A stretch of DNA of 64,000 nt. It comes from Anaeromyxobacter sp. GTDB taxonomy: Bacteria > Myxococcota > Myxococcia > Myxococcales > Anaeromyxobacteraceae. The position numbers and the translations under genes are program-made. Of the stretch, positions 1 through 16,521 are shown in pieces (within the stretch, counting starts at the first letter, position 1; each line of letters opens with the position of its first letter). The DNA lies in NCBI GenBank assembly GCA_049840735.1, contig JASGJN010000013.1, positions 192,001-256,000 on the forward strand, given 5' to 3'. The notes below the pieces were generated by a model. The model was not told the DNA's origin. It ran no database searches and was given only the letters and a program-made list of their open reading frames with translations.

Positions 1-34
1 CGTCCTCGACGATGGCGGTGGGGTGGATGGCCAT
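1..34 (-). CDS. lpxA: UDP-N-acetylglucosamine acyltransferase, 5' end only (runs off window)
   Basis: ATG at 34 reads MAIHPTAIVED, a typical LpxA start; AGGAGG SD upstream; directly follows fabZ. Confidence 0.85.
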   Translation of the reverse strand, partial: MAIHPTAIVED

Positions 35-46
35 GACAGGTACCTC

Positions 47-535
47 CTACTCCGCCGGCGGGTCCGCCAGCATGGCCATGAAGTCTGCCTCGGCCACCAC
101 CTGGCCGTCGACCCTGGCCACGCCGCGCTGCTTCCAGACCGGCCCCTTCTGCTTGATCACCTCGACCTCGAGCTCCAGCCGGTCCCCCGGGACCACCGGG
201 CGGCGGAACCGCGCCCCGTCGATCCCCATGAGGTAGGTGAGCTTGTCGCTGGAGCTCCCCTGCAGCGTCAGCATGGCCAGCAGTCCGGCGGCCTGGGCCA
301 GCGCCTCGAGGATCAGCACGCCGGGCATCACCGGCTGGGCCGGGAAGTGCCCGGGGAAGAAGGGCTCGTTCATGGTGACGCCCTTCCAGGCCACCAGCCG
401 CTTCCCGGACTCGAACGCGACCACCCGGTCCACCAGCAGGAAGGGCGGGCGGTGCGGCAGGAGCTTCATGATGCCCTGCACGTCGAGGACGGGCTTCTGG
501 CCCTCGGCCGCGGGGGCCCCGGTGGCTTCGCTCAC
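47..535 (-). CDS. fabZ: 3-hydroxyacyl-ACP dehydratase
   Basis: [26 protein letters not shown] motifs; GTG start overlaps lpxD stop (GTGA). Confidence 0.95.
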   Translation of the reverse strand: MSEATGAPAAEGQKPVLDVQGIMKLLPHRPPFLLVDRVVAFESGKRLVAWKGVTMNEPFFPGHFPAQPVMPGVLILEALAQAAGLLAMLTLQGSSSDKLTYLMGIDGARFRRPVVPGDRLELEVEVIKQKGPVWKQRGVARVDGQVVAEADFMAMLADPPAE

Positions 536-1591
536 GGCTGCTCTCCCTTCGCGGCCCGGAGCTTCTCCAGCTCCTTCCGCAGCTCCTTCAGCTCCCTGCG
601 CATGGCCGGCAGGTACTCCAGCGCGGCCGACTGGCGCAGCCACTCGCCGTGCGGGCGGGCCGGGTAGCCGGACACGGTCGCGCCCGGCTCCAGGTCGCTG
701 TTCACGCCGGACTGCGCGCCGATGCGGGCGCCGGCGCCGATTCTCCAGGTGGCCCACGATCCCGACCTGACCGGCCGCGACCACCCCCATGCCCAGCTTG
801 GTGGAGCCGGCCACGCCGACCTGCGACACCAGCAGGCAGAGCGGGCCCACCTCGACGTTGTGGGCGATCTGCACCAGGTTGTCGATCTTGGCGCCGCGGC
901 CGATGCGGGTCACGCCCAGCGTGGCCCGATCGACGCAGGTGTTGGCGCCCAGCTCGACGTCGTCCTCCACCACCACGTGCCCGCTCTGCGGGACCTTGTA
1001 GTGGCGCGGCCCGCTCCCCTCGCCCTCGGGGTCGAACGCGAAGCCGAAGCCGTCCGAGCCGATCACGCAGCCCGGCTGCAGGATGACGCGGTCGCCGATC
1101 ACGCAGCGCTCGCGCACCACCACGTTGGAGTAGAGCAGGCAGTCGGCGCCCACCCGCGCCCCGGCGCCCACGTGCACGCCCGGGTGCAGGATGGTGCGGG
1201 GGCCGATTTCGGCGCCGGCCGCCACGCTGCACAGCGGCATCACCTGCGCGCTGGGGTGCACGCGCGCCGACGGGTGGATCACCGCCGTGGGGGCGATCTC
1301 CGGGGCGGCGGCCGCGGGCGGGTTGAAGAGCGTCGAGATCTTCGCGAAGGCCAGGTAGGCGTTCGCGACCCGCAGCACGGTGCGGCCGGCCGGCACCTCG
1401 GTGCCGGGCTCGACCACCACCGCGCCGGCCCGGGAGGCCTCGAAGGCCTGCCGGTACTTCTTGTTGGAGTAGAAGGAGAGCTGCGCGGGGCCGGCGTCCT
1501 CCAGGGGCGCCACGCCGTCCATCGACAGCCCTCCGTCTCCCGCCACCTCGCCGCCCACGCGGGCGGCCAGCTCCGCGAGCGTGAACGCCAT
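532..1591 (-). CDS. lpxD: UDP-3-O-acylglucosamine N-acyltransferase (one extra base at ~741, probable sequencing error)
   Basis: Hexapeptide repeats, [18 protein letters not shown]; removing one base at GATTC 739-743 restores [15 protein letters not shown]...VSGYPA. Confidence 0.93.
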
Positions 1592-1600
1592 GGCGGCCTC

Positions 1601-2176
1601 CTACTTCTTGGCCGGAGCGGCCGGCTTGGCGTCGGCCTTCTTGGCCGGCGCGGCGGCCGCGGGGGCCGGGAACTTGGCGTTGTAGCGGCGCAGCACCTGG
1701 CTGGTGACGTCCATGGCGTCGTTGTAATAGGCGACGCCGGCGGTCACGTCGATCACCAGGTCGAGGCTCTCGGCCTGCGCCACCTCGCGGATGACGCCCT
1801 TGACGCGGTCGCCGATGGGGGCGAGGAGCTTGCCCCGGATGTCGTTCAGCTCCTGGCTGAGCTTGGCCGCCTGCTGCTGGTAGGACTCGAACTTCTTCTG
1901 GAGCGTGCCCTGCCGGTCGCGCATGGCGGACTCGGTCAGGATCGAGGCCTGCTTCTCCAGGTCGGCCTTCTCCTTCTCCAGGTCGGACTCGATGACGGCG
2001 ATCTGCTTCTGGCGGTCCTCGACCTCCTTGCGGAAGGAGGCCTGGGCGGCCTTGCCCTGCTCGCTCTCGTTCAGGACCTTGTTGACGTCCACCACCCCGA
2101 TCTTGGTCTGGGCGGCGGCGGGCAGGGCGGCGGCGAGGGCCAGGGCGGCGAGCGACAGGCGGGCGGTGAGGCGCAT
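1601..2176 (-). CDS. skp: Periplasmic chaperone Skp/OmpH
   Basis: Signal peptide, KIGVVDVNKVL, coiled coil, DVTSQVL; lies between bamA and lpxD. Confidence 0.9.
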   Translation of the reverse strand: MRLTARLSLAALALAAALPAAAQTKIGVVDVNKVLNESEQGKAAQASFRKEVEDRQKQIAVIESDLEKEKADLEKQASILTESAMRDRQGTLQKKFESYQQQAAKLSQELNDIRGKLLAPIGDRVKGVIREVAQAESLDLVIDVTAGVAYYNDAMDVTSQVLRRYNAKFPAPAAAAPAKKADAKPAAPAKK

Positions 2177-2202
2177 GCGGATCTCCGGGGCTCCGTGGGG
2201 AG

Positions 2203-4570
<2,368 letters not shown>

Positions 4571-4650
4571 GGAGCCGCGGAATCTAAACCGGCGTGTCGA
4601 AAACCTCAAACACCTTTGCGACCCACCCTTCCCCACCGGCGTGGGCCCGG

Positions 4651-5321
<671 letters not shown>

Positions 5322-5322
<1 letters not shown>

Positions 5323-7249
5323 CACTCGCTCCGGAGACCGTCGACCGGGTGCAGCCGGGCGGCCTTGGTCGCGGGGTAGAGGGTGGCGAAGTAGGAGAGC
5401 ACCAGCGCGGCCACGGCCACCGAGACGAACTGGCCGGGGTCGATCACCACCGGCAGGTTGCTGATGTAGTAGACCTCCGGATCGAGCGGGATGCCCACCT
5501 TGTCGATGAGCAGGCAGGTCCCGTACCCGAGCACCAGCCCGAAGAACGTGCCCACCGCGCCGATCACGACGCCCTCGGCCACGAAGATCTTCATCACGCT
5601 GGGCACCCCGGCCCCCATCGACTTGAGGACCGCGATCTCCTTGCGCTTCTCCAGCACCTGCATGATCAGCGTGGCCACGATGATGAAGCTGGCCACCAGG
5701 ACGATGAAGCCCAGGATGACCGCCATCACCACCTTCTCCATCTGCAGCGCGGCGAAGAGGTTCCGGTTCAGCTCGCCCCAGTCCTTGGCGTAGTAGGGGA
5801 AGCCGCCCAGGGCGAAGACCACCCGCGCCATGACCGCGCGCGCCTCGTCCACGTTGTGCACCTTCAGCTCCAGGCCCGTGACGGTGTCGGTCCCGAAGAA
5901 CCGCTGGCCCTCGGCCAGGCCGATGTACGCGAACTTGGAGTCGTACTCGTACATGCCGCTGTAGAAGACGGCGGCCACGCGGAAGGCGCGGGCCTTGGGC
6001 TGCGGCCCGGCCGGCCCCAGGTCCCCCATGGGCGAGACCACGTTCAGCTGGTCGCCCACGCCCACCCGCAGCGAGGCGGCCAGCTCGCGCCCCAGCACGA
6101 CGCCGGGCAGCGCCCTGCCGGCGGCCCGGCGCGGCGCGCCGTCCAGCTCGGCGCCGCGCGGCGGCGGGATCTGCTCGGGGTGATCCAGCCAGGCGAGCTC
6201 GCCCGTGTCCACGCTCCGGGCCAGGTCGGTGACGGTGCCCACGGTGGCGGGGTCGATCCCGCGCAGCAGGGCGCCGGTCAGGTTCTGGCCGGTGGTGAGC
6301 ATCACCTCGTTGTAGAGGAAGGGGGTGGCCCCGGCGATGCCGCGGACCCGCAGCACCTTCTCGCGGGCGGAGCGCCAGTCGCCGAACTCGTCCTGCCCGT
6401 AGGAGAGCACCATCCCGTGGGCGGTGTGGCCCAGGATCTTCTTCTTGAGGTCGGCCTCGAAGCCGCTCATCACCGACAGCACCACCGTCAGCGCCCATAC
6501 GCCGATGGCCACGCCGCCGATGGAGATGAGCGTCATGAGCAGCGTGGCCGGCATGCGCGCGCGCTGCGTGAGCTCGCCGCGCCGGTAGGCGCGCCGCTCC
6601 GCGGCGTCGCGCGCGATGGACCAGCCCAGCAGCACCAGCAGGCCGGGGACCAGGCCGGTCACCACCAGCCCGAAGAGCGCGGCCAGGGTCGGGGGCGAGA
6701 GCCGCAGGTGGCTGCGCGCCACGAACAGCTCGTAGGACATGGAGAGGTCGAGCTTGCCGGCCCCGACCGCCAGGTAGGCCAGGGAGGTCCCGGCGAAGAC
6801 GGCCGTGGTGGCCACCGCCCCCAGCCCCAGCAGCGCCAGGACCAGCACCAGCGTGCCCTGCGCCACCAGCGACTGCAGCGCCGGCAGCTGGCGCAGGCCC
6901 GGGAGGAGCACCACGGCCGCCACCGCCGCGGCCCAGAGCAGGAACGTGACCGTGATCTCGTAGAAGGCCAGCCGCCGCCCGGTCAGCGCGGCCAGGCCGC
7001 CCATGAACGCGCCGAAGACGCCGGCGCCGAGCACGGCCAGGCCGGAGGCGACCGCGTCGGGGAGCGAGAGCCGGTCCGCGAACAGCAGGTGGAGGACCGG
7101 CACCAGCCCGATGGTGCCGAGGGTCCCCAGCATCACCAGCAGGAAGGCGCCGACGTGGAACACCGGCGGGGCCGGGTGGCCCTCCGGCGCCGGCGGCGGG
7201 CGGAGGCCCGGGCCGGAGCGGAAGGACGCGGGCGAGGCGGTCGGTCCGG

Positions 7250-7253
<4 letters not shown>
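5322..7253 (-). CDS. lolE: Lipoprotein-releasing permease LolC/E with long hydrophobic N-terminal extension
   Basis: [58 protein letters not shown]. Confidence 0.88.
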
Positions 7254-8794
<1,541 letters not shown>

Positions 8795-8935
8795 CGTGTC
8801 GAATCCGCGGATCCCGCGGGATCTCCAGGGGAAAAGGTCGTGCGAGGCTAGTCGGGCCCGCGAGAGCCGTCAACGCAGGAACGCGGGAAGCGCCTGGGCG
8901 CTTCCCGGAGGTCCGCGGGGCGGGGGCCGGCGGCC

Positions 8936-10573
<1,638 letters not shown>

Positions 10574-10576
10574 CTG

Positions 10577-12208
10577 TCAGGCGCCCCCTCGCCCGGGCGG
10601 CCCGACCGGCGAGGTCGGGGAGGTGGGGCGTACGTGCGAGGACGGGAGCACGTGGGAGGACGGCGCGGCGCCGGGCGCCGCGGCCTGCCCTGCCCCACGC
10701 TCCGCCTCCGGGCCCTGGGCGGCGCCGGGGCCGGTCATGGACCAGGGGGCGGTGCCGGCGAAGCGCGACCACTCCGACATGCGCGCCAGCGCGGTGCGGG
10801 CGTCGTCGGGGAAGGGCGCGCCCGGCCGGCCCGGGCCCACGGCCTGGCGGAAGGGCACGCCCCAGGGCAGCCGCAGGAAGCGATCGTCGATGATGGGCGA
10901 CGGCCCGAAGGGCGGCAGCCCGGTCTCGTTGGAGGTGCGCGACAGCACGCGGTCGTGTCCCACCCGGTCGATGACGTGGATCTCGGCCCGGTAGACCCGC
11001 CCCGGCTCGAGGTCGTGGATGTAGTAGCCGCGCGACTCGAGCGCGAACTCAATCACCCGCAGCCGCTCCCAGCCCGCGCCGCTGCGCGCGAAGAGCCAGA
11101 GCTGGGCGCGGGGGTGATCCATCGCGCCGAAGCCGCGCCGCAGCGTCTCGGCGTCGTGGTCCCAGTACACGAAGAGCGTGCGCGGGTCGCGCGGCAGCGC
11201 CACGAACGCGTCGTCGGCGTAGCCCCACGGCAGCTCGCCCAGCTGCTCCTCGAACATCGGCGTGGAGGGCACGCCCTCCGGGGGGCCGGACTCCCCGGTC
11301 ACGGCCGGCTCGACCAGCGGGATGGGCGCCTCGCGCACCGCGTCCTCGCCCCGCACCCGGGCCACGAAGAAGCCCTCCGGATCCGGGGCGCCCTCGCCGC
11401 CGCGCCGCGCCGGGGCGGGCGCCCTGGGCGCGGCCGGCTTGGGGGCGGCGGGCTTCGCGGGTGCGGCCGGCTTCGGGGCGGGCGCCTTCGGCTCGGCGGC
11501 CTGGGGCGCGGCCTTGGCGGGCGCCCTGGCCGCGGGCGCCTGGGCCTCCGCCTTCGCGGCTGACGCCTTGCCCTTGGCCTTGCCCTCACCGCGGGCCGCG
11601 GCCGCGCCGGCCGCCGCGCCGACCACCGCGCCCACGGCGGCGCCCGCCACCGCTGCGGCCGCCTTGGCGACCTTGCCGGCGCCGGTGAGCGGCTCGGTGG
11701 CCGCGCTGGCCCCGGCCGCGGCGCCGGCGGTGGCCCCGGCGGCCACGGCCGCCGCCTTGCCCACCTTGGCCGCGAGCTTCGCGGCCGGCTTCTTCGCGGC
11801 CGGCTGCTCCGCCGGCGCCTTCGGCGCGGCCTTCTTCGCCGCCGGCTGCTCCTCCGGCGCCTTCGCCGCCGCCTTCTTCGCCGGCTTCTCCGCCGGAGCC
11901 TTCGCCGGCGCCTTCTTCGCGGCCGGCTTCTCCTCAGGAGCCTTCGCCGCCGCCTTCTTCGCGGCGGGCCTGGCCTCGGCCGGCTTCGCCTCGGCCTTCG
12001 GCGCCGCCTTCTTCGCAGCAGGCCTCGCCGCCCTGGCCCCGGCCTTCGCGGCCGGAGCGGCCGCGGCCGGCTCGCCCTCGCCGGCGCCCGCGCGCTCGAG
12101 GGCCGCGACGAGCTCGCCCTTGGTCTTCAACTGCGAGTGACCGGGCCCGATCCACTTCCGGGCCAGATCGCGGAGGCTCTGGACGGTCATCTTCTTGAGG
12201 TCGGGCAT
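10577..12208 (-). CDS. DUF4912-domain protein with Rho-N-like N-terminus and Ala/Lys/Pro-rich linker
   Basis: LKKMTVQSLRDLAR..KTKGELVAAL N-terminus; LPWGYADDAFVALPRDPRTLFVYWD; 3 nt upstream of GH57 gene. Confidence 0.8.
   Translation of the reverse strand: MPDLKKMTVQSLRDLARKWIGPGHSQLKTKGELVAALERAGAGEGEPAAAAPAAKAGARAARPAAKKAAPKAEAKPAEARPAAKKAAAKAPEEKPAAKKAPAKAPAEKPAKKAAAKAPEEQPAAKKAAPKAPAEQPAAKKPAAKLAAKVGKAAAVAAGATAGAAAGASAATEPLTGAGKVAKAAAAVAGAAVGAVVGAAAGAAAARGEGKAKGKASAAKAEAQAPAARAPAKAAPQAAEPKAPAPKPAAPAKPAAPKPAAPRAPAPARRGGEGAPDPEGFFVARVRGEDAVREAPIPLVEPAVTGESGPPEGVPSTPMFEEQLGELPWGYADDAFVALPRDPRTLFVYWDHDAETLRRGFGAMDHPRAQLWLFARSGAGWERLRVIEFALESRGYYIHDLEPGRVYRAEIHVIDRVGHDRVLSRTSNETGLPPFGPSPIIDDRFLRLPWGVPFRQAVGPGRPGAPFPDDARTALARMSEWSRFAGTAPWSMTGPGAAQGPEAERGAGQAAAPGAAPSSHVLPSSHVRPTSPTSPVGPPGRGGA
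11770..12045 (-). repeat. Imperfect ~42-bp coding tandem repeats (PAAKKAAAKAPEEK-like units)
   Basis: Recurrent cttcttcgc(g/c)gccggc units; protein KAPEEKPAAKKAPAKAPAEKPAKKAAAKAPEEQPAAKK. Confidence 0.8.
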
Positions 12209-12357
12209 GGCGTCAGTCGTTCGTAGAACCAGGGATGGACCGCACCGGTCAAGGGATTTGTCGGTATTTGGAGGGTAAAACCCACCGTCCCCCCTGCGCG
12301 GGGCACGAGTCGCGGCGTCCGTCTGTTACGCTGAGGCTCGCCACAGCTGGGGGCGCC

Positions 12358-14311
12358 GTGCAGGACCGAAGCGAAACGCAAAAAACCGATCACCCGAAGT
12401 GCCCGACCTGCGGCACGAGCGCACACGCGCCGGGTCAGCCGTGCACGGCCCAGACAGGTAGCCAGACCCTGGTCCTCGGGTCGGAGCTGGCCTCCCCGGC
12501 TGCACCCTCGGTGGAGGATGCCGATCCGATGATCGGCGCCCGGGTGGGCTCCTTCCAGGTCATCCGCATGCTCGGCCGGGGCGGCATGGGCACGGTGTAC
12601 CTGGCCGAGCACCCGGTCATCGGCAGCAAGGTCGCCATCAAGTTCCTGCACGAGTCGATGGCGTCGGATCCCGAGCTGGTGGCGCGCTTCTACGACGAGG
12701 CGCGGGCGGTGAACCTGGTCGGGCACGAGAACATCGTCGGCATCTACGACCTCGCCGTCCTGCCGCCGCGCCGCTTCTACTACGTGATGGAGTACCTGGA
12801 GGGCGAGACCCTGGCCGCCGCCATGAAGCGCGGCCGCCCCTCGCCGGTCCTCTCGCTGGAGGTGCTGCTGCAGCTGTGCGACGGGCTGGGCTGCGCGCAC
12901 GAGCAGGGCGTGGTCCACCGCGACCTCAAGCCGGAGAACGTGTTCCTCGTCTCCCGGCGGGGCAACAGCCACTTCGTGAAGCTGGTGGACTTCGGCATCG
13001 CCAAGCTGCGCGGCTCGCTGGCCGGGCGCACCCAGAGCGGCGTGCTGGTGGGCACGCCCGAGTACATGTCGCCCGAGCAGTGCGACGACGGGCCCATCGA
13101 CGCGCGCACCGACGTCTACGCGCTGGGCGTGATGGCGTTCGAGCTCTTCACCGGCCAGCTGCCATTCACGGTCCGTTCCACCCCGCAGCTGCTGCTCGCC
13201 CACCTGACCAAGGCGCCGCCGCGCCCCTCCGAGCTGTGCCCCATCGCCCCCGACCTCGAGGCGGCGATCCTGCGCGCGCTGGCCAAGGACCCCGCGGCGC
13301 GCTTCCAGTCCACCGCCGAGTTCGCCGAGGCGCTGCGTCCGGTGGCCGCCCGCGCCCGCGCCCAGGCGCAGCCCGCCGAGCCGGCCCCCGCCCCCGCGCC
13401 GGCGGCCACCCCGGCGCCCGCCGCCGCGCCGGCCCCCGCGCCCGCGCCGGCCGTGGACCGGCTGGAGGCCCGGCTGATGGGCGCCACCCCGGCCCGCGCG
13501 CTGGCGGTGGTGGAGCTGACCCGCGCAGGCGCCTTCCTGCAGGCGGACGGCGTGCTGCCGGCGCTCTTCTCGCGGGTGCAGCTGGAGCTGCGCCACCGGA
13601 CGCTGCGGGCGCCGCTGCTGGTGCAGGCCGACGTGGTCCGCCACGTGGGCCCGGAGGAGGCCGCCCGGTTCCGCATGGCCCCGGGCTTCGCCGTGCAGCT
13701 GGTCGAGCTGACGCCGGGAGATCCGCGCCGCCGTGGCCGGGCTGGCCGACGCCGAGCGCCCGCCCCCGGCGGCCCCCGCGCCAAGCGCCCCCGACGCCGA
13801 CGGCCGCCTCACCTCGCTGGAGGGCCAGGCGGCCGGCAACCCCTACGCCGCGCTGGGCGTGCCGCAGGACGCCGAGTTCGCCGAGATCCGCCGCGCCGCG
13901 GCGGCCCTCCGGGAGGAGCTGGAGAAGCTCCGGCTCAGGCCGCTCTCCCCCTCCCACCCGGGCCGCGCCACCGCGCTGCTGGCCCGCATCGAGGTGGCCG
14001 TGGCGGCGGTGGGCGCCCCGGCGGCGCGGCTGGCCCACGACGCCCGCACCGGCAACTGGCGCGGCGTGCAGCGCTGCCTGCGGGCAGGGGTCCCCGCCGA
14101 GCTGATCGAGGCGCGGCGCCGGGAGCTGCTGGCCGCCCAGCCGGCCCGCGGGCAGGAGGCGCAGCGGCAGCGGGCGCGGGCCCAGGTGGCCCACAAGCTG
14201 GGCAACCGCGCGGCCGCCGAGGCGGCCTGGGAGGCGGCGCTGGCCGCCGACCCGCTCGACACCGCCGCCCTCGAGGCCTACGCGGCCTTCCGGCGCGCCG
14301 GCGAGCCCTGA
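12358..14311 (+). CDS. Ser/Thr protein kinase with C-terminal PilZ-like, J-like and TPR-like regions (frameshift ~13718)
   Basis: GRGGMGTVY, VAIK, HRDLKPEN, DFG, GTPEYMSPEQ; removing one G at 13716-13718 joins ORF 13733..14311; start codon uncertain. Confidence 0.85.
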
Positions 14312-14383
14312 ATACGGGCCGGCAGGCCTGCGTCCCTCTGACGGGCGGCACGCCCCGCCAAGAACGGCTACACTCGCCCGCCC

Positions 14384-15856
14384 ATGCCCGCGCCCTTGCC
14401 GGCATTCCTGCTCGCCGCCCTGCTGACCGCGCAGGCGCCCATCGCTCCGGGGGGCGCGCCGCCGGCCGGGACGGGGGACGCCGCGGAGGCGGCCCCCGCG
14501 GACGCCGTCCAGGCCCCTGCCCCACCGCCGGACGCCGCTCCGCCCGGCTCGCCGCCCGCGGCGGCCCGGACCATCACGCCCCGCCACGTCATCGAGCGGA
14601 TCGAGCTGCGCGGGCTCACGCACACGCGCGAGCTGGCGGTGCGCCGTCACCTGCTGGTGACCGAGGGCGACCTGCTCGATCCGGAGCGGGTGCTCCTCTC
14701 GCGCCTGCGGCTCCTGCAGCTGGGCTGGTTCTCCAGCGTGGAGAGCCGGGTGGAGCGCGGCAGCGAGCGCGGGCTGGTGGTCCTGGTGATGGAGCTGCAG
14801 GAGCGGAACACCATCCTCATCAACGACTTCGTCTTCGGCTCCACCGGCCCGCAGCCGCTCTACGGCGGCGTGGGCGTGTCCCAGCAGAACTTCCTGGGGC
14901 GCGGGCTGGGCCTCACCGGCGCCTTCGTCTACGGCGGCTCGCCGGCGGACCGGCCGGACAATCCCTCGCGCTTCACGGTGCGCGCCAACTTCTTCGCCCC
15001 CGACATCTGGGTGAAGGGGCTGCCTCCCATGGTGGTCGGCGCCAGCGGGCTCTTCCTGCAGGGCGAGGAGTTCACCTGCGGCGACCCCGACTGCCAGGCC
15101 TACGGGGACCGCTACGCCACCGCGCCGCGGATCCAGTACCAGCGCGCCGGCGGCGAGCTGACGCTGGGCGTCCGGCCCGGCCCCTTCGAGCGGCTGCTCG
15201 CCACCTACCGCTTCGAGCACCTCCGCGCCGACAGCGCGGGGGACGCCGCCGCGCCGGAGGCCGCCGGCCCCTATCTGCTGATGGGCAGCTCCAACGTCGC
15301 CTCGGTCACCGGGACCTACGAGGTGGACACCCGCGACGACTTCTTCCTGCCGCGCGAGGGGTTCCGGGGCATGGCCCAGGTCACCTTCGCCTCCGCCCTC
15401 TTCGGCGGCGACTACGAGTACAGCCGCTACCTGGCCCAGGTGGACACCGCCTACGCCCTGTTCCGCCTGCCGCTGCGCGCGCAGCTGGCGGTGGGCGCGG
15501 TGCAGGGCCAGGCGCCGTTCTTCGACCGCTTCTACCCGGCCGACTTCTCCTACTTCGCCATCGGCCCGGCGCTGGGGCGGGCGCTGGAGCTCAACTTCTC
15601 CACCGACTCCCGCTACGACGCGTTCGTCGCGGCCGGCGGGCTGGAGTACGCCCTCCCGCTCTGGTCCAGCCGGGGCTTCTTCCACCGCGGCTACCTGGCC
15701 CTGGGCGCGCGCGGCGTCTGGTCCTCGGCCACGCTGGGCGGCGGCCGCACCCCGTTCTCGAAGTCCCCCTTCTCCGCCGACGTGGCGCTCCGCTTCGACA
15801 CGCCGGTCGGCACCTTCAACGCCTCGCTGGGCTACGCCCTGGACAACGCGCTGTGA
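14384..15856 (+). CDS. Omp85/BamA-TamA family outer membrane protein (about one POTRA plus barrel)
   Basis: Signal peptide; IERIELRGLTHTRELAVRRHL..LGWFSSV POTRA; QNFLGRG, DTRDDFFLPREG, DTPVGTF. Confidence 0.8.
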   Translation: MPAPLPAFLLAALLTAQAPIAPGGAPPAGTGDAAEAAPADAVQAPAPPPDAAPPGSPPAAARTITPRHVIERIELRGLTHTRELAVRRHLLVTEGDLLDPERVLLSRLRLLQLGWFSSVESRVERGSERGLVVLVMELQERNTILINDFVFGSTGPQPLYGGVGVSQQNFLGRGLGLTGAFVYGGSPADRPDNPSRFTVRANFFAPDIWVKGLPPMVVGASGLFLQGEEFTCGDPDCQAYGDRYATAPRIQYQRAGGELTLGVRPGPFERLLATYRFEHLRADSAGDAAAPEAAGPYLLMGSSNVASVTGTYEVDTRDDFFLPREGFRGMAQVTFASALFGGDYEYSRYLAQVDTAYALFRLPLRAQLAVGAVQGQAPFFDRFYPADFSYFAIGPALGRALELNFSTDSRYDAFVAAGGLEYALPLWSSRGFFHRGYLALGARGVWSSATLGGGRTPFSKSPFSADVALRFDTPVGTFNASLGYALDNAL

Positions 15857-16521
15857 CCCTCACCCGCCGCACGCTGCTGGTGCTGCTGGCCGCCCTCGCC
15901 CTGGCGGGGCCGGCGGCGCGCGCCCAGGCGGTCCCGGTCCCGGTCTCGCCGCTCAAGGCGCGGGTGATGGCGCGCAACGGCCGGCTGGTGGCGGCGCTCG
16001 ACGTGTCGCCGGTCTTCGGCCCGGACCGCGAGCGGGCCTTCGGGAACGGGCTCACCAACGTGGTGGCGCTCTACGTGACCGTGACGCCGGAGGCCGGCGG
16101 CACGCCGGTGGCGTTCCACGGGCGGGTGGTGGAGATCCTCTTCGACGTGTGGGACGAGACCTACGCGGTCACGCTGAAGGACCCGGACTTCCCGGCCGGG
16201 CGCCGGCTGGTGCTGCCCGACTTCGCCGCGCTCCGGTCCTACCTCTCCGACCAGCGCGAGCTGGACCTGGGGCCGCTGTCGGCGCTGCCGGTGGGGCCGT
16301 TCGTGGTGGAGGCGCGGCTGGAGGTGAACCCGGTCTCGCGCGAGCAGCTGCAGCGGACCCGCGAGTACATCGCCTCCGCCGCCGGCAACCGGCCGGGCGG
16401 CGGCTCGCGCAGCGTGCTGGGCGCCGTGGCCAGCTTCCTCCTGCGCGAGCCCGACCCGGGCACCGACGTGCACCTGCTCCGCTCGCGCGCGTTCTCGCAC
16501 GCCGAGGTCCAGCCCCGATGA
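15853..16521 (+). CDS. Exported protein, DUF4390-like
   Basis: Signal peptide; FDVWDETYAV motif; GTGA/ATGA overlaps with both neighbours; precedes NtrY-like kinase. Confidence 0.65.
   Translation: MTLTRRTLLVLLAALALAGPAARAQAVPVPVSPLKARVMARNGRLVAALDVSPVFGPDRERAFGNGLTNVVALYVTVTPEAGGTPVAFHGRVVEILFDVWDETYAVTLKDPDFPAGRRLVLPDFAALRSYLSDQRELDLGPLSALPVGPFVVEARLEVNPVSREQLQRTREYIASAAGNRPGGGSRSVLGAVASFLLREPDPGTDVHLLRSRAFSHAEVQPR

Noticed and set aside
11770..12045. Tandem repeats as a possible CRISPR array
   Set aside because: In-frame coding repeats with no unique spacers and no cas genes
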